Shown: positions 1-7,716, numbered from the stretch's first letter. The stretch is 20,435 nt of DNA from a virus (IMGVR_UViG_3300040801_002714:1-20435), one strand, 5' to 3'. The notes: generated by a model from the letters alone, not told the origin. Numbers and translations: made by a program.

Positions 1-303
1 GACATCCGCCTCGGTAACAGTTGCAGGAAGATCTGCAGGCTGCGCCCAGCGCATCATCTTGTCTTCGGGGTTGTAGTAAGGGATACCCTTGAGGTCGGTC
101 GGCTCCATGAGGAGCAAGCGCATGTCGATCACAATGCGATCTTGTGCGACCGCAATTGCTTCGACCAGTTCTGATTTACCAATGCCGGGCGGACCCCAGA
201 TAAACGCAGGCTGCTGAGCGTAAATGGATAGTTCGATCAGCTCTCTAGCGTTGCCTGGTGTGACGGCATATTCACTGGCGAGGCCATCTTTCTTTGCTGC
301 CAT
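1..303 (-). CDS. MoxR-like AAA+ ATPase, N-terminal part (runs off the window edge; not in the ORF track)
   Basis: Hand translation: MAAKKDGLASEYAVTPGNARELIELSIYAQQPAFIWGPPGIGKSELVEAIAVAQDRIVIDMRLLLMEPTDLKGIPYY. Walker A GPPGIGKS plus 'D.RL...EPTDLKGIP', typical of phage MoxR-like ATPases. SD AAGGAG lies 9 nt upstream of the ATG at 303. Confidence 0.85.
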   Translation of the reverse strand, partial: MAAKKDGLASEYAVTPGNARELIELSIYAQQPAFIWGPPGIGKSELVEAIAVAQDRIVIDMRLLLMEPTDLKGIPYYNPEDKMMRWAQPADLPATVTEADV

Positions 304-348
304 AGGTGTTTGCTCCTTGTAGTGGCGCTTTTGTTAAAACCCATGACT

Positions 349-377
349 ATAGTACGAATGTTTCGGCCCGGTGTCAA
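349..377 (-). promoter_or_regulatory. sigma70-type promoter upstream of the MoxR-like ATPase
   Basis: Minus strand TTGACA (377-372), 17 bp spacer, TACTAT (354-349). Confidence 0.8.
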
Positions 378-985
378 TAGGTCTCTGTAACTTTTTTGTC
401 GGAAAGATCCGCAACAATTTCACGAAGCCGTTGTGCTTCTTGGCAAGCTTCTGCCCAAATGATGTTCATGCTGTACTCAGACAGGATGACATAAGTCTCA
501 GCAATGTACTCTTCCCAGTGTTCCTTGCGGTCACCACCCTGCATGTCGGAGCAGATCGGAGGAAGAATTTCGAGCAACTGTTCTTTGCTGCTCATAATGC
601 GATTACCACACTGGTCCAGGATATTGTTCTCCTGGGCAAACAGATGTGAAATGATGTGGGCGTTAACTTCGCGCTCGACTTCTTCGTCTGTGTAGTCCGG
701 GCGCATCGTGTTCGTAACGTAGCCGACGCCGTAGTGGTTGTGCATCAGTTTGTCGGAGTAGTCATCGAATTCCACGAACACGTCAATTGCATGACCAACT
801 TCGTGCACAATCGCTGCCAAGCAGTCTTCGGTCAGTGCGAACGCCTTGCTGTCGATTGTTGCGTTCGGGTCGTAAGAGCCAGCCAGCGCAATAAACGGGC
901 AAACAGTGTTCAGTTGATCCAGCAGCTTGTGGCTCTGACCAGGGCTTGTAGTAAAGATACTAAACATGCTGTGCTCTCTGTCCAT
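374..985 (-). CDS. HExxH zinc metallopeptidase-like protein
   Basis: AIVHEVGHAID followed by EREVNAH (possible third ligand). Start moved to ATG 985 because the ORF-track start at 1000 lies in the -10 box; ATG 967 is also possible. Confidence 0.55.
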   Translation of the reverse strand: MDREHSMFSIFTTSPGQSHKLLDQLNTVCPFIALAGSYDPNATIDSKAFALTEDCLAAIVHEVGHAIDVFVEFDDYSDKLMHNHYGVGYVTNTMRPDYTDEEVEREVNAHIISHLFAQENNILDQCGNRIMSSKEQLLEILPPICSDMQGGDRKEHWEEYIAETYVILSEYSMNIIWAEACQEAQRLREIVADLSDKKVTETY

Positions 986-998
986 TAACTTTACACAC

Positions 999-1027
999 AT
1001 TATGCCTGAATATATTCAGTTTGTCAA
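999..1027 (-). promoter_or_regulatory. sigma70-type promoter with a 14-bp palindrome in the spacer
   Basis: TTGACA (1027-1022), 17 bp, CATAAT (1004-999). The spacer holds the perfect palindrome CTGAATATATTCAG (1006-1019). Confidence 0.75.
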
Positions 1028-1407
1028 CTACTGGTTTTGACCCAAACTGTCTTGGTTTTGGCCTTTGCAAGATTGTATTTTTCGAACAAAGGTCCCCATC
1101 CTTGGGGCGGAGCAGACTCTTCACCGTATGAGTCCCACCACCCAAATACTTCGTAAACAATATCCTCGACACTGTGTACTTGGGCGATTCTGTTGTATCG
1201 TGCACATGAAACTAAATCGCCCGAAGGAATCTCATTAAAATCAATGCTTCCGGTCTTGGGTATGTCGGTAATACGATACCAGAGGATTTCCTCAGGATAG
1301 TCCTCTAGGTTACCTTCGAACACTTCCGGCTTCTCTATCTTTCTGATAAAAAGCTCTACCTTGATTCCGGAGCGGAGCAGTTCTACGATGATCGGATTAA
1401 TGTTCAC
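1024..1407 (-). CDS. hypothetical phage protein
   Basis: 127-aa ORF that tiles with its neighbours (ATGA overlap at 1404-1407). Confidence 0.7.
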   Translation of the reverse strand: MNINPIIVELLRSGIKVELFIRKIEKPEVFEGNLEDYPEEILWYRITDIPKTGSIDFNEIPSGDLVSCARYNRIAQVHSVEDIVYEVFGWWDSYGEESAPPQGWGPLFEKYNLAKAKTKTVWVKTSS

Positions 1408-1616
1408 TTGCAGATCTCCTTGCCAGCCTTACTGAGATGATCCTCGGAGACCATTTCGCACACTTTGCTTTCGACCATGCTCTCGTAGCCCCAGGTCCAG
1501 TTCCACCAGCGGTAAAGGTGAAAGATGCCCCATACTATTACGAAGAAGAGCACGACACCTGCAGCACCGAATGCTAGCAGTGCAAGGGTGTCACCCTTTC
1601 CTTTACGACTAGGCAT
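1404..1616 (-). CDS. small single-pass membrane protein
   Basis: Hydrophobic segment TLALLAFGAAGVVLFFVIVWGIFHLY after a basic N-terminus; SD GGAG upstream. Confidence 0.7.
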   Translation of the reverse strand: MPSRKGKGDTLALLAFGAAGVVLFFVIVWGIFHLYRWWNWTWGYESMVESKVCEMVSEDHLSKAGKEICK

Positions 1617-1938
1617 ATTCTTTTACTCCGGGCATATCCATATAGTAATCAGTAGCAGGACAGCCTAGCTTGAATATCATAGCATCTTCCGGAGTCACGT
1701 AGACTCCGCTAAAGCCCAGTATGTAATCTGTTTCTTTCTCTTCAAACCACATACGTATCATTGCTAGGGTATTTCTGCTGTGAGATCTGATACAGGCCCA
1801 ATCGTCTACCGTGCCTACCAACAAAGGCTTCGAATGCTTGAGGGGAGTAAATTCTCGATGCAGCTGGTCGGATAACTCACGGTTACCACCTCTTAGCACT
1901 CGACTGATTTCGTCCCAATCAGTTACGGGCCTAAACAT
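1609..1938 (-). CDS. hypothetical phage protein (C-terminal DAxxFKL motif)
   Basis: 109-aa ORF overlapping both neighbours. Confidence 0.65.
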   Translation of the reverse strand: MFRPVTDWDEISRVLRGGNRELSDQLHREFTPLKHSKPLLVGTVDDWACIRSHSRNTLAMIRMWFEEKETDYILGFSGVYVTPEDAMIFKLGCPATDYYMDMPGVKEYA

Positions 1939-2192
1939 GAAACCTTGACCTCAATGTAGGGGCTGCCGCGTCCACCAGTCATCACAGCAGCATTTTCGAT
2001 CTGTGCATAAATGGGAAACTCTTGTCGCCACTCTGTGCGTAGTTCGGCCATCGTTGCATCTAGCTGGGCCTGGGCCCGTTTTTTTGGACCCGGGAGAAAC
2101 AGCCTATCGATCTCGTCTTTGATCCGTGCATACCGTTCGACTAATTGGAACAGCTTGCAGTCTTCGTCAGGATATATTCGTATCTTGTGCAT
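1923..2192 (-). CDS. hypothetical phage protein
   Basis: 89-aa ORF that tiles between 1938 and 2167. Confidence 0.6.
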   Translation of the reverse strand: MHKIRIYPDEDCKLFQLVERYARIKDEIDRLFLPGPKKRAQAQLDATMAELRTEWRQEFPIYAQIENAAVMTGGRGSPYIEVKVSCLGP

Positions 2193-2577
2193 TGTTGAGA
2201 AACCGTTTGTCTAACATTTCGGTAATGGATGCAGATACATAATAGTCACCTGCCAGCGTCGCAGCAACAGCAATTTCTTTCAGTTGATCAACATACTTCT
2301 GATAGGTGAAGCTGTTACTGAGCATGGTGATAACTCCACCTGATCTCTCAATGACCTTGAGATATTCGTGAAGATCGGAGTCGGAGAGGTCCTCTGTAAC
2401 TACCACAGTCTGTGACCGGGTCTCAGCATCTTCGACAAGTTCTTTGGCCTCTTTAAGGCCTTTGCCGGTGAAATATCTGATAGCCTTAATGATAGATATC
2501 TTGCGAGTGGTGTCGCTAGGAATTACCCTCAGTTCGAATGCAGGTCCCATGCCGCTGTTGATCTCAAATACGCTCAT
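2167..2577 (-). CDS. ribosomal protein L7/L12 C-terminal-domain-containing protein
   Basis: KISIIKAIRYFTGKGLKEAKELVE matches the bL12 CTD signature K(I/V).VIK.VR..TGLGLKEAK.LVE. There is no bL12 N-terminal dimerisation domain or Ala-rich hinge, and there is an extra C-terminal segment. Confidence 0.75.
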   Translation of the reverse strand: MSVFEINSGMGPAFELRVIPSDTTRKISIIKAIRYFTGKGLKEAKELVEDAETRSQTVVVTEDLSDSDLHEYLKVIERSGGVITMLSNSFTYQKYVDQLKEIAVAATLAGDYYVSASITEMLDKRFLNNAQDTNIS

Positions 2578-2583
2578 GTTCTC

Positions 2584-2611
2584 AGTATAGCAAACTGTGT
2601 GAATATGTCAA
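2584..2611 (-). promoter_or_regulatory. sigma70-type promoter (extended -10), predicted leaderless start
   Basis: TTGACA (2611-2606), 16 bp, TG-c-TATACT (2589-2584). The ATG at 2577 is the 7th nt after the -10, with no SD. Confidence 0.75.
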
Positions 2612-2973
2612 CTGTTGAATATTTGTGCTTTCTCTAAAAACTGATGAACGGATCCATGCAGTTTAAGAAGCAGGGCATCGTCGTCGGAGTATACTGCAAA
2701 GAACTTTCTCGAAAGGTACCAGGGTCCAGTCAGTGCTGCTAGACCTATAATGTGTTTGGTAAGAAAGTTGTCGGAGTGTTCGAACACCCAGCACTTAGCC
2801 AGTTTACTCAAGTGTCGGTGTCCAATGTAAGTTAAACGTAAAGATCCAGAGCGTCGAAATATTTTTGATTCTGCGTCGCCATCTTGATTTAGTTCAGGAA
2901 AATGTGACACAAGAACTTCCACAGTTCTTTTTCTAACAGTCTCCTGATCGTGATTTACCAATCGGGCCACCAT
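2608..2973 (-). CDS. hypothetical phage protein (start uncertain)
   Basis: ORF fills 2608-2955; C-terminal region PWYLSRKFFAVYSDDDALLLKL. Confidence 0.65.
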   Translation of the reverse strand: MVARLVNHDQETVRKRTVEVLVSHFPELNQDGDAESKIFRRSGSLRLTYIGHRHLSKLAKCWVFEHSDNFLTKHIIGLAALTGPWYLSRKFFAVYSDDDALLLKLHGSVHQFLEKAQIFNS

Positions 2974-3662
2974 TCTTTTCTTTCGGGCTGAGGTCCGATG
3001 TCTGGGCAGAACTTTGGCTGAGGAGTACCCTTTAAGCGATTGATAATTTCGTTATCTTCCCATTCTTTTCTCTGGGCCTCAACATTTCTTTTTAGACCAG
3101 GCCAATCATCTAGCCAGATAGTCACTGTGTAATTTCCGCGTTGTCCGCCACTACCCGATCCTGTACAGATACCAATTCTTTTCAACAAGTCAGTATCGAT
3201 ATAATAATCTTTCTTGTTGCTGAGAAGATAGATGTTTCCTGTAAAGCCAGGGTACCCTCGCGGCACACCTTTGTCACTTTCTCTCCCGCACCAGTTAGTC
3301 TTTCCTGAACGCGGACAACTGTGGCTGTTTGAACAACTGTCTGAATATCTGAGGTTATTTAGATCCAGGATAGTTTGAAAGTCTTTGGGGAACTTGGTTT
3401 GATGCCACCGATCTCTTCTGCCTTCTAGATCTAAGAAATAGTCAAGATTCTTTTCTACCCATTTGATGATTTCATAGGGCGTAGACAGTTCTTCGGTTTC
3501 GGTAGCGAACCAGTCGTAGAATTGGTCGCGCTTGCGCTGAAGCAATTCTCTCTGCTTCTTGATGCGATATTGCTTGTTGACGTGTGCGCGGTATTTCTTT
3601 TCGTCTTCTAGAGGGAAAAGCTTTTTACTGTGCGGACATTGCCAGGCTTGAACTTTTGGCAT
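2955..3662 (-). CDS. hypothetical phage protein with Cys/His motifs
   Basis: 235 aa; N-terminal WQCPHSKKLF...KYRAHV, internal CSNSHSCP...NW...PRGYPGFTG; lies downstream of its own promoter. Confidence 0.75.
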   Translation of the reverse strand: MPKVQAWQCPHSKKLFPLEDEKKYRAHVNKQYRIKKQRELLQRKRDQFYDWFATETEELSTPYEIIKWVEKNLDYFLDLEGRRDRWHQTKFPKDFQTILDLNNLRYSDSCSNSHSCPRSGKTNWCGRESDKGVPRGYPGFTGNIYLLSNKKDYYIDTDLLKRIGICTGSGSGGQRGNYTVTIWLDDWPGLKRNVEAQRKEWEDNEIINRLKGTPQPKFCPDIGPQPERKEWWPDW

Positions 3663-3692
3663 CTGACTGTGAGAATCTGTGAGTGAGCTCGC

Positions 3693-3721
3693 AGTATACG
3701 ACTGAATATTTACTCAGTCAA
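3693..3721 (-). promoter_or_regulatory. sigma70-type promoter with an inverted repeat
   Basis: TTGACT (3721-3716), 17 bp, TATACT (3698-3693). GACTGA-N8-TCAGTC inverted repeat at 3700-3719. Confidence 0.75.
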
Positions 3722-4008
3722 TCCCCAGTATACAGTTCACCTTGTGCAAGTCTATACACTTCGAAATCTTTGCATTTGAATAGATCATTCAGTCTTTCTG
3801 CAAGATTAAGTGCGTGACCGGGATTACTGAAGCTGGTCTTTTTGTATTTAGGACCGGGGTAGCTTACTAGCTTATTCAATGTGCGTAGATTGATAGGGTC
3901 GCCCTTGTAGTACACTGCCCAAATTGCACCAGCTTCTAGTATTTGTTCTGCTTTGTACGATTCGGGATCTACATGCTCAAGAAGAATCGTTGGTTTAGGT
4001 CTAGCCAT
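3718..4008 (-). CDS. hypothetical protein resembling conserved large-phage proteins
   Basis: 96 aa, MARPKPTILLE...YPGPKYKKTSFSNPGHALNLAERLN; SD AAGGA upstream. Family resemblance is from memory. Confidence 0.75.
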   Translation of the reverse strand: MARPKPTILLEHVDPESYKAEQILEAGAIWAVYYKGDPINLRTLNKLVSYPGPKYKKTSFSNPGHALNLAERLNDLFKCKDFEVYRLAQGELYTGD

Positions 4009-4041
4009 TACAAAGGTCCTTAAATAATTATCTACTATGTT

Positions 4042-4048
4042 TATTTAT
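4042..4048 (-). promoter_or_regulatory. candidate T4-like late promoter (ATAAATA)
   Basis: ATAAATA in an AT-rich intergenic spacer about 35 nt upstream of the ATG at 4008; resembles the T4 gp55 late -10 element TATAAATA. Confidence 0.4.
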
Positions 4049-4063
4049 CTAAAAACAGCAGTT

Positions 4064-5023
4064 TTAATTAAGTAGGAAACCTAGTACAACTGGAATAGTT
4101 ATTGTGTCTCGACCGCGTCTAACAGTGACATTGACTGTGGTACCTGGGCGCAAAGATTGAACATAATCGATTAGCTCGTAACTGGACACCATAGGTACTC
4201 CATCCACCGAAATGATAAGATCGTGCTTCTTGAGTCCACCGATCTTTGCAGGAGAATTTTTCATCACTTCTGTGATCAATATGCCTTGTGTTGTTCCTCT
4301 GCTAATAACACCGAAAGATGATCGTTTTATTTCACCTTTTTCAAGCAAAATTCTCTGGATAGTTTGCTGACTTAGTTCACTGTCAGTGGCAAGCGATATA
4401 CCGTTGCTTCCGCCTGATATTGTGATGATTGCTTGAATGATACCAATCACTTCACCGTTCATATTAAAAAGCGGTCCGCCCGAGTTACCAGTGTTCACTG
4501 CGGCATCTGTTTGTATGTAACGAATGAAGTTTTTCGCATAGTCTCTTCTGCCAGCAAAAGACACAATACCTTTTGTCACAGTAAACTCAAATCCAAATGG
4601 GTGCCCAACTGAGAACACATCCTCGCCTACTTGTGTTTCTCCCTGGTGCCACTTTACTGGTGTACCCGATACTCGAGACTTGTCTTCGTCCATTATGTCC
4701 AGCACCACAATATCAGCAGCAGGATCGTATCCCACAATCTTTGCTTTTAATCTCTTGTTTTGATTATATGCACGATAGTAGACATCAGTCGTGCCTTTGA
4801 TAACATGATAACTGGTAACAATAGTATCTTCGTCAATGAAGAAACCTGTGCCTTGTTTAACCACAGCTTCTTCGAAAATACTGTCTATTACAGAAGTGTC
4901 GGGAGCGGAGATGGCAGAAATTACCACAACGCTGGGAAGAACCTCACGTATGGTATCGGGGAAGTTTTCTGCTTGGGAAGTAGCAGAAATCAACAGTAAT
5001 ATACATAACAAAAACTGTTTCAA
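4064..5023 (-). CDS. HtrA/DegP-family serine protease (trypsin domain + one PDZ) with signal peptide
   Basis: TSYHVI (His), ADIVVL (Asp), IQTDAAVNTGNSGGPL (Ser); PDZ-like NSPAKIGGLKKHDLIISVDG. TTG start and signal peptide MKQFLLCILLLISATSQA. Confidence 0.92.
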   Translation of the reverse strand: MKQFLLCILLLISATSQAENFPDTIREVLPSVVVISAISAPDTSVIDSIFEEAVVKQGTGFFIDEDTIVTSYHVIKGTTDVYYRAYNQNKRLKAKIVGYDPAADIVVLDIMDEDKSRVSGTPVKWHQGETQVGEDVFSVGHPFGFEFTVTKGIVSFAGRRDYAKNFIRYIQTDAAVNTGNSGGPLFNMNGEVIGIIQAIITISGGSNGISLATDSELSQQTIQRILLEKGEIKRSSFGVISRGTTQGILITEVMKNSPAKIGGLKKHDLIISVDGVPMVSSYELIDYVQSLRPGTTVNVTVRRGRDTITIPVVLGFLLN

Positions 5024-5028
5024 CGAGC

Positions 5029-5283
5029 TTACTCTTCAGTGAATGATCCTCCAGTAATATTTATTGTTTTTTGCTCGTCTTTATCTGTGTTGATTTCTTC
5101 TCGCAGCTTGGAGATTTCTATTCTTTGTTCAGCTGCTGTTTTGGAAAGGTGTGTGATTTGACTTTGCAGGTCATCGATTTCTGCAAGAAGATTTCGGGCG
5201 TCATCGCGCCCGATCATTATCTTAGGTGTGCGAGTCCTAGCAGCATTTTTGTGCTGAACTCGAAGCTTCTTTATTGCTGACAT
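5029..5283 (-). CDS. hypothetical coiled-coil protein
   Basis: 84 aa with heptad pattern LLAEIDDLQSQITHLSK...ISKLREEI. Confidence 0.65.
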   Translation of the reverse strand: MSAIKKLRVQHKNAARTRTPKIMIGRDDARNLLAEIDDLQSQITHLSKTAAEQRIEISKLREEINTDKDEQKTINITGGSFTEE

Positions 5284-5762
5284 TTGCGAAGCTTGGCAAG
5301 GACACTTTTCATTTCGCGTTCTAGTTTGAACGGACCTTGATACTCATACTTGTCCAGTGTGGCCAGCTTAGGACAAAAGCTAGGCAACCATCCCTTAGGA
5401 AACTTGAGGCAGTAGTAGCCTGCTGCATAATAAACTTCACTGCTTTCTGATTTGGTATACAGTGGCAGTTCGCTGAGTTTGTCGTCCGGATCAGCCTCGT
5501 AGGGATCGTCAAAGTCAACTGGGTATCCCTTTACAAAGTATTCTGCATCTGTTTTCTTTTCTTCTTCGATCACAATCTTGTCAAAGATGTCACCTACGTT
5601 GAAGAAACCAGACACTTCATCCTTTGTGTCGAACGTAGTCTTAACGTCTTTTGCAATCAGGATAAACTTTTCTTTCTGCTCTGACAGAATTGCAATTTTG
5701 TTAAGGCCGTTATCACTTAACACTAACCAACTCTTTTCTGAAAGAGGTTTTAATTTTACCAT
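5271..5762 (-). CDS. hypothetical protein resembling conserved large-phage proteins
   Basis: 163 aa with PLYTKS...AAGYY...GWLPSFCPKLATL...YQGPFK; SD AGGA upstream. Confidence 0.75.
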   Translation of the reverse strand: MVKLKPLSEKSWLVLSDNGLNKIAILSEQKEKFILIAKDVKTTFDTKDEVSGFFNVGDIFDKIVIEEEKKTDAEYFVKGYPVDFDDPYEADPDDKLSELPLYTKSESSEVYYAAGYYCLKFPKGWLPSFCPKLATLDKYEYQGPFKLEREMKSVLAKLRKCQQ

Positions 5763-5764
5763 TG

Positions 5765-6034
5765 TTATTTTCCTGTCTTAAGCCTTCTTAGTATTTTGTA
5801 TTCTTTCCAGACTTTTTCTAGATCTGGGTGCTCTTTCCACAATTCTTTTTCTTCGGATTCGAACTGAATACGGTGTAGATCATCGAGCTCTTCGTATTCG
5901 TCTATCCATGCTTGCCATCTGTTTCCTTTACGTTTATACATAACTGATGCGACAGGATCGTAAATTATTTCCCCTTCCTCCATGTCGCTTGTATTGAACA
6001 AACGTTTTCTTCTCTTGTACAGATCGTTAGACAT
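5765..6034 (-). CDS. hypothetical phage protein
   Basis: 89-aa ORF that tiles between its neighbours. Confidence 0.65.
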   Translation of the reverse strand: MSNDLYKRRKRLFNTSDMEEGEIIYDPVASVMYKRKGNRWQAWIDEYEELDDLHRIQFESEEKELWKEHPDLEKVWKEYKILRRLKTGK

Positions 6035-6040
6035 ACAGTT

Positions 6041-7033
6041 CTAGCAGTATTTGGCATTCAGCATCTTACTAAATGCTTGAGAGTTATCACTGAGTCTTTT
6101 TAGATCCCACAAGCCACAAAACTTCATGAAGTGTATGCCTACATTGCCGATTGCTTCTGCGTCGGCTGCGGCAGCAATTGTGTGAGCACATGCAATCTTG
6201 ATTTCGTCTGGCTGTGCACGTAGATCAATGAGGTGTCGATTTCTTTCGTAGTCTTCTTTAACTATGTGCTCGACATCTTCGTGGTCAGTCCAGCGCTGCA
6301 ACATAAAGTTATTCCAGGCAAAGCCCTTTGCATGACGATCCTCGAATGCTTCTCTAATGCCTACTTTCTTGCTGCTGCCTTTTTCTCTAGCACCAGGGAA
6401 TGCACTAAACACATTGTCGCTCTTGTCGCCTCGAATACATTTGAGAAACAAGTGATACTCTGGATCGAGCGGCATCTTTTGCTCACCTGTTTTCTTGTCA
6501 ATCACAGGATTGCCGTTGTCGTCGTAGTATCCATCTAAGCGTATGTTAACTTTGTCGATGCCGTTATAGATAGAACAATTAGGTGCAAGTAACTGCACAA
6601 AGTCGGAATCAGAACTAAGGATAACATGTTCGTCGTGTGGGTGACTGTCTACCCAAAACGCAATAAGATCATCTGCTTCTGCATCGGAACATTTAAGAAC
6701 AGATACATTAGTCTTGGTGTCAACGAATTCGCAAAACTCGTTGAATGCATCCATCATGATTTGATCGTTCTCGGCTTCGATTTCTGTACGTGCCATGCGA
6801 TCAGCTTTGCGATTTAGTTTGTACTTTGGATAAACGTCCTTTCTCCAGCTTCGACCGTCCAAGCAGAACACGACATGATCTGCGTCAAAGTCTCTCCAAG
6901 CCTTCAACATGCTGTTGAAGATAATATGGAACCCCATGCCTATCATGTTGTCTAGTCCCGAACTAGGACTAACCACGTGTGAGGCCCGGAAGAACATATT
7001 CATTCCGTCTACAATAAGATATTTTTTAGCCAT
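6041..7033 (-). CDS. rnh: T4 RNase H-like / FEN1-family 5'-3' exonuclease
   Basis: YLIVDGMNMFFRA, EADDLIA, LSSDSDFVQL and IRGDKSDNV supply the conserved acidic motifs of the 5' nuclease superfamily. Confidence 0.88.
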   Translation of the reverse strand: MAKKYLIVDGMNMFFRASHVVSPSSGLDNMIGMGFHIIFNSMLKAWRDFDADHVVFCLDGRSWRKDVYPKYKLNRKADRMARTEIEAENDQIMMDAFNEFCEFVDTKTNVSVLKCSDAEADDLIAFWVDSHPHDEHVILSSDSDFVQLLAPNCSIYNGIDKVNIRLDGYYDDNGNPVIDKKTGEQKMPLDPEYHLFLKCIRGDKSDNVFSAFPGAREKGSSKKVGIREAFEDRHAKGFAWNNFMLQRWTDHEDVEHIVKEDYERNRHLIDLRAQPDEIKIACAHTIAAAADAEAIGNVGIHFMKFCGLWDLKRLSDNSQAFSKMLNAKYC

Positions 7034-7039
7034 AGAAGT

Positions 7040-7068
7040 ATTTTACTATCTGTGCGTTAGAAAGTCAA
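7040..7068 (-). promoter_or_regulatory. sigma70-type promoter, predicted leaderless start
   Basis: TTGACT (7068-7063), 17 bp, TAAAAT (7045-7040). The ATG at 7033 is the 7th nt after the -10, with no SD. Confidence 0.75.
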
Positions 7069-7679
7069 CTAGCTTCCCACTTACCGTCGTCGTCTGTGGC
7101 AGTCTTCTGAATGAACTGATCAGGGACACGTTCATCAAAGTCACCTGTGCCTGTAAACTGCTCCATTGCAATGTTACGACAAAGATCAGCTAGCCACATA
7201 TCAACTACCTGCTCATCTGCAGGAGCATCGTATCCACCTTCACGAAGTTCTTCTACAAACTTATCGTTCCAGTCGAGCTCTAGTTCACCGTGATTGGGTT
7301 TAGAACTATCAGGATTAATGTTGAGTATCTTTACCCACCCTTCGCCTTTTGCAGTTGCGCAGCCCTTTTCGTATTCGTTCTGATCGATCTTGCCTTCTTT
7401 GCGATCTAGCTCAAGCAAAGCAAGGTCTCTTTCTTCGCCTTCTTCTAAATGATTCTCGGCGAATTGCCTTTCATATTCATCTTTAGTAATCTGCTGATGT
7501 TCAAGCTGTGCATCTAAGATCGCCAAGTCACATTCATCTGTGTCCTTGCCGTGCTCAATTTCTGCTAACCGAACAGTGAGATCGTATCCCGATAGTTCGT
7601 ATTCAGCTCTGGCAATCTCTCTTGTTTTGCCTTTTAGGCCCCAGTGGCCTGGGAGCCACCCAAATGGAATTAATGCCAT
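7065..7679 (-). CDS. acidic hypothetical protein resembling conserved large-phage proteins
   Basis: 204 aa, with ELDWNDKFVEELREGGY...VDMWLADLCRNIA; SD GAGGA upstream. Confidence 0.75.
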   Translation of the reverse strand: MALIPFGWLPGHWGLKGKTREIARAEYELSGYDLTVRLAEIEHGKDTDECDLAILDAQLEHQQITKDEYERQFAENHLEEGEERDLALLELDRKEGKIDQNEYEKGCATAKGEGWVKILNINPDSSKPNHGELELDWNDKFVEELREGGYDAPADEQVVDMWLADLCRNIAMEQFTGTGDFDERVPDQFIQKTATDDDGKWEAS

Positions 7680-7709
7680 GTTATCCTCTTATTATAATAA
7701 TTAAAACTG

Positions 7710-7716
7710 TATTTAT
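7710..7716 (-). promoter_or_regulatory. candidate T4-like late promoter (ATAAATA)
   Basis: ATAAATA overlaps the TAA stop at 7713-7715, about 30 nt upstream of the ATG at 7679. Confidence 0.4.
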
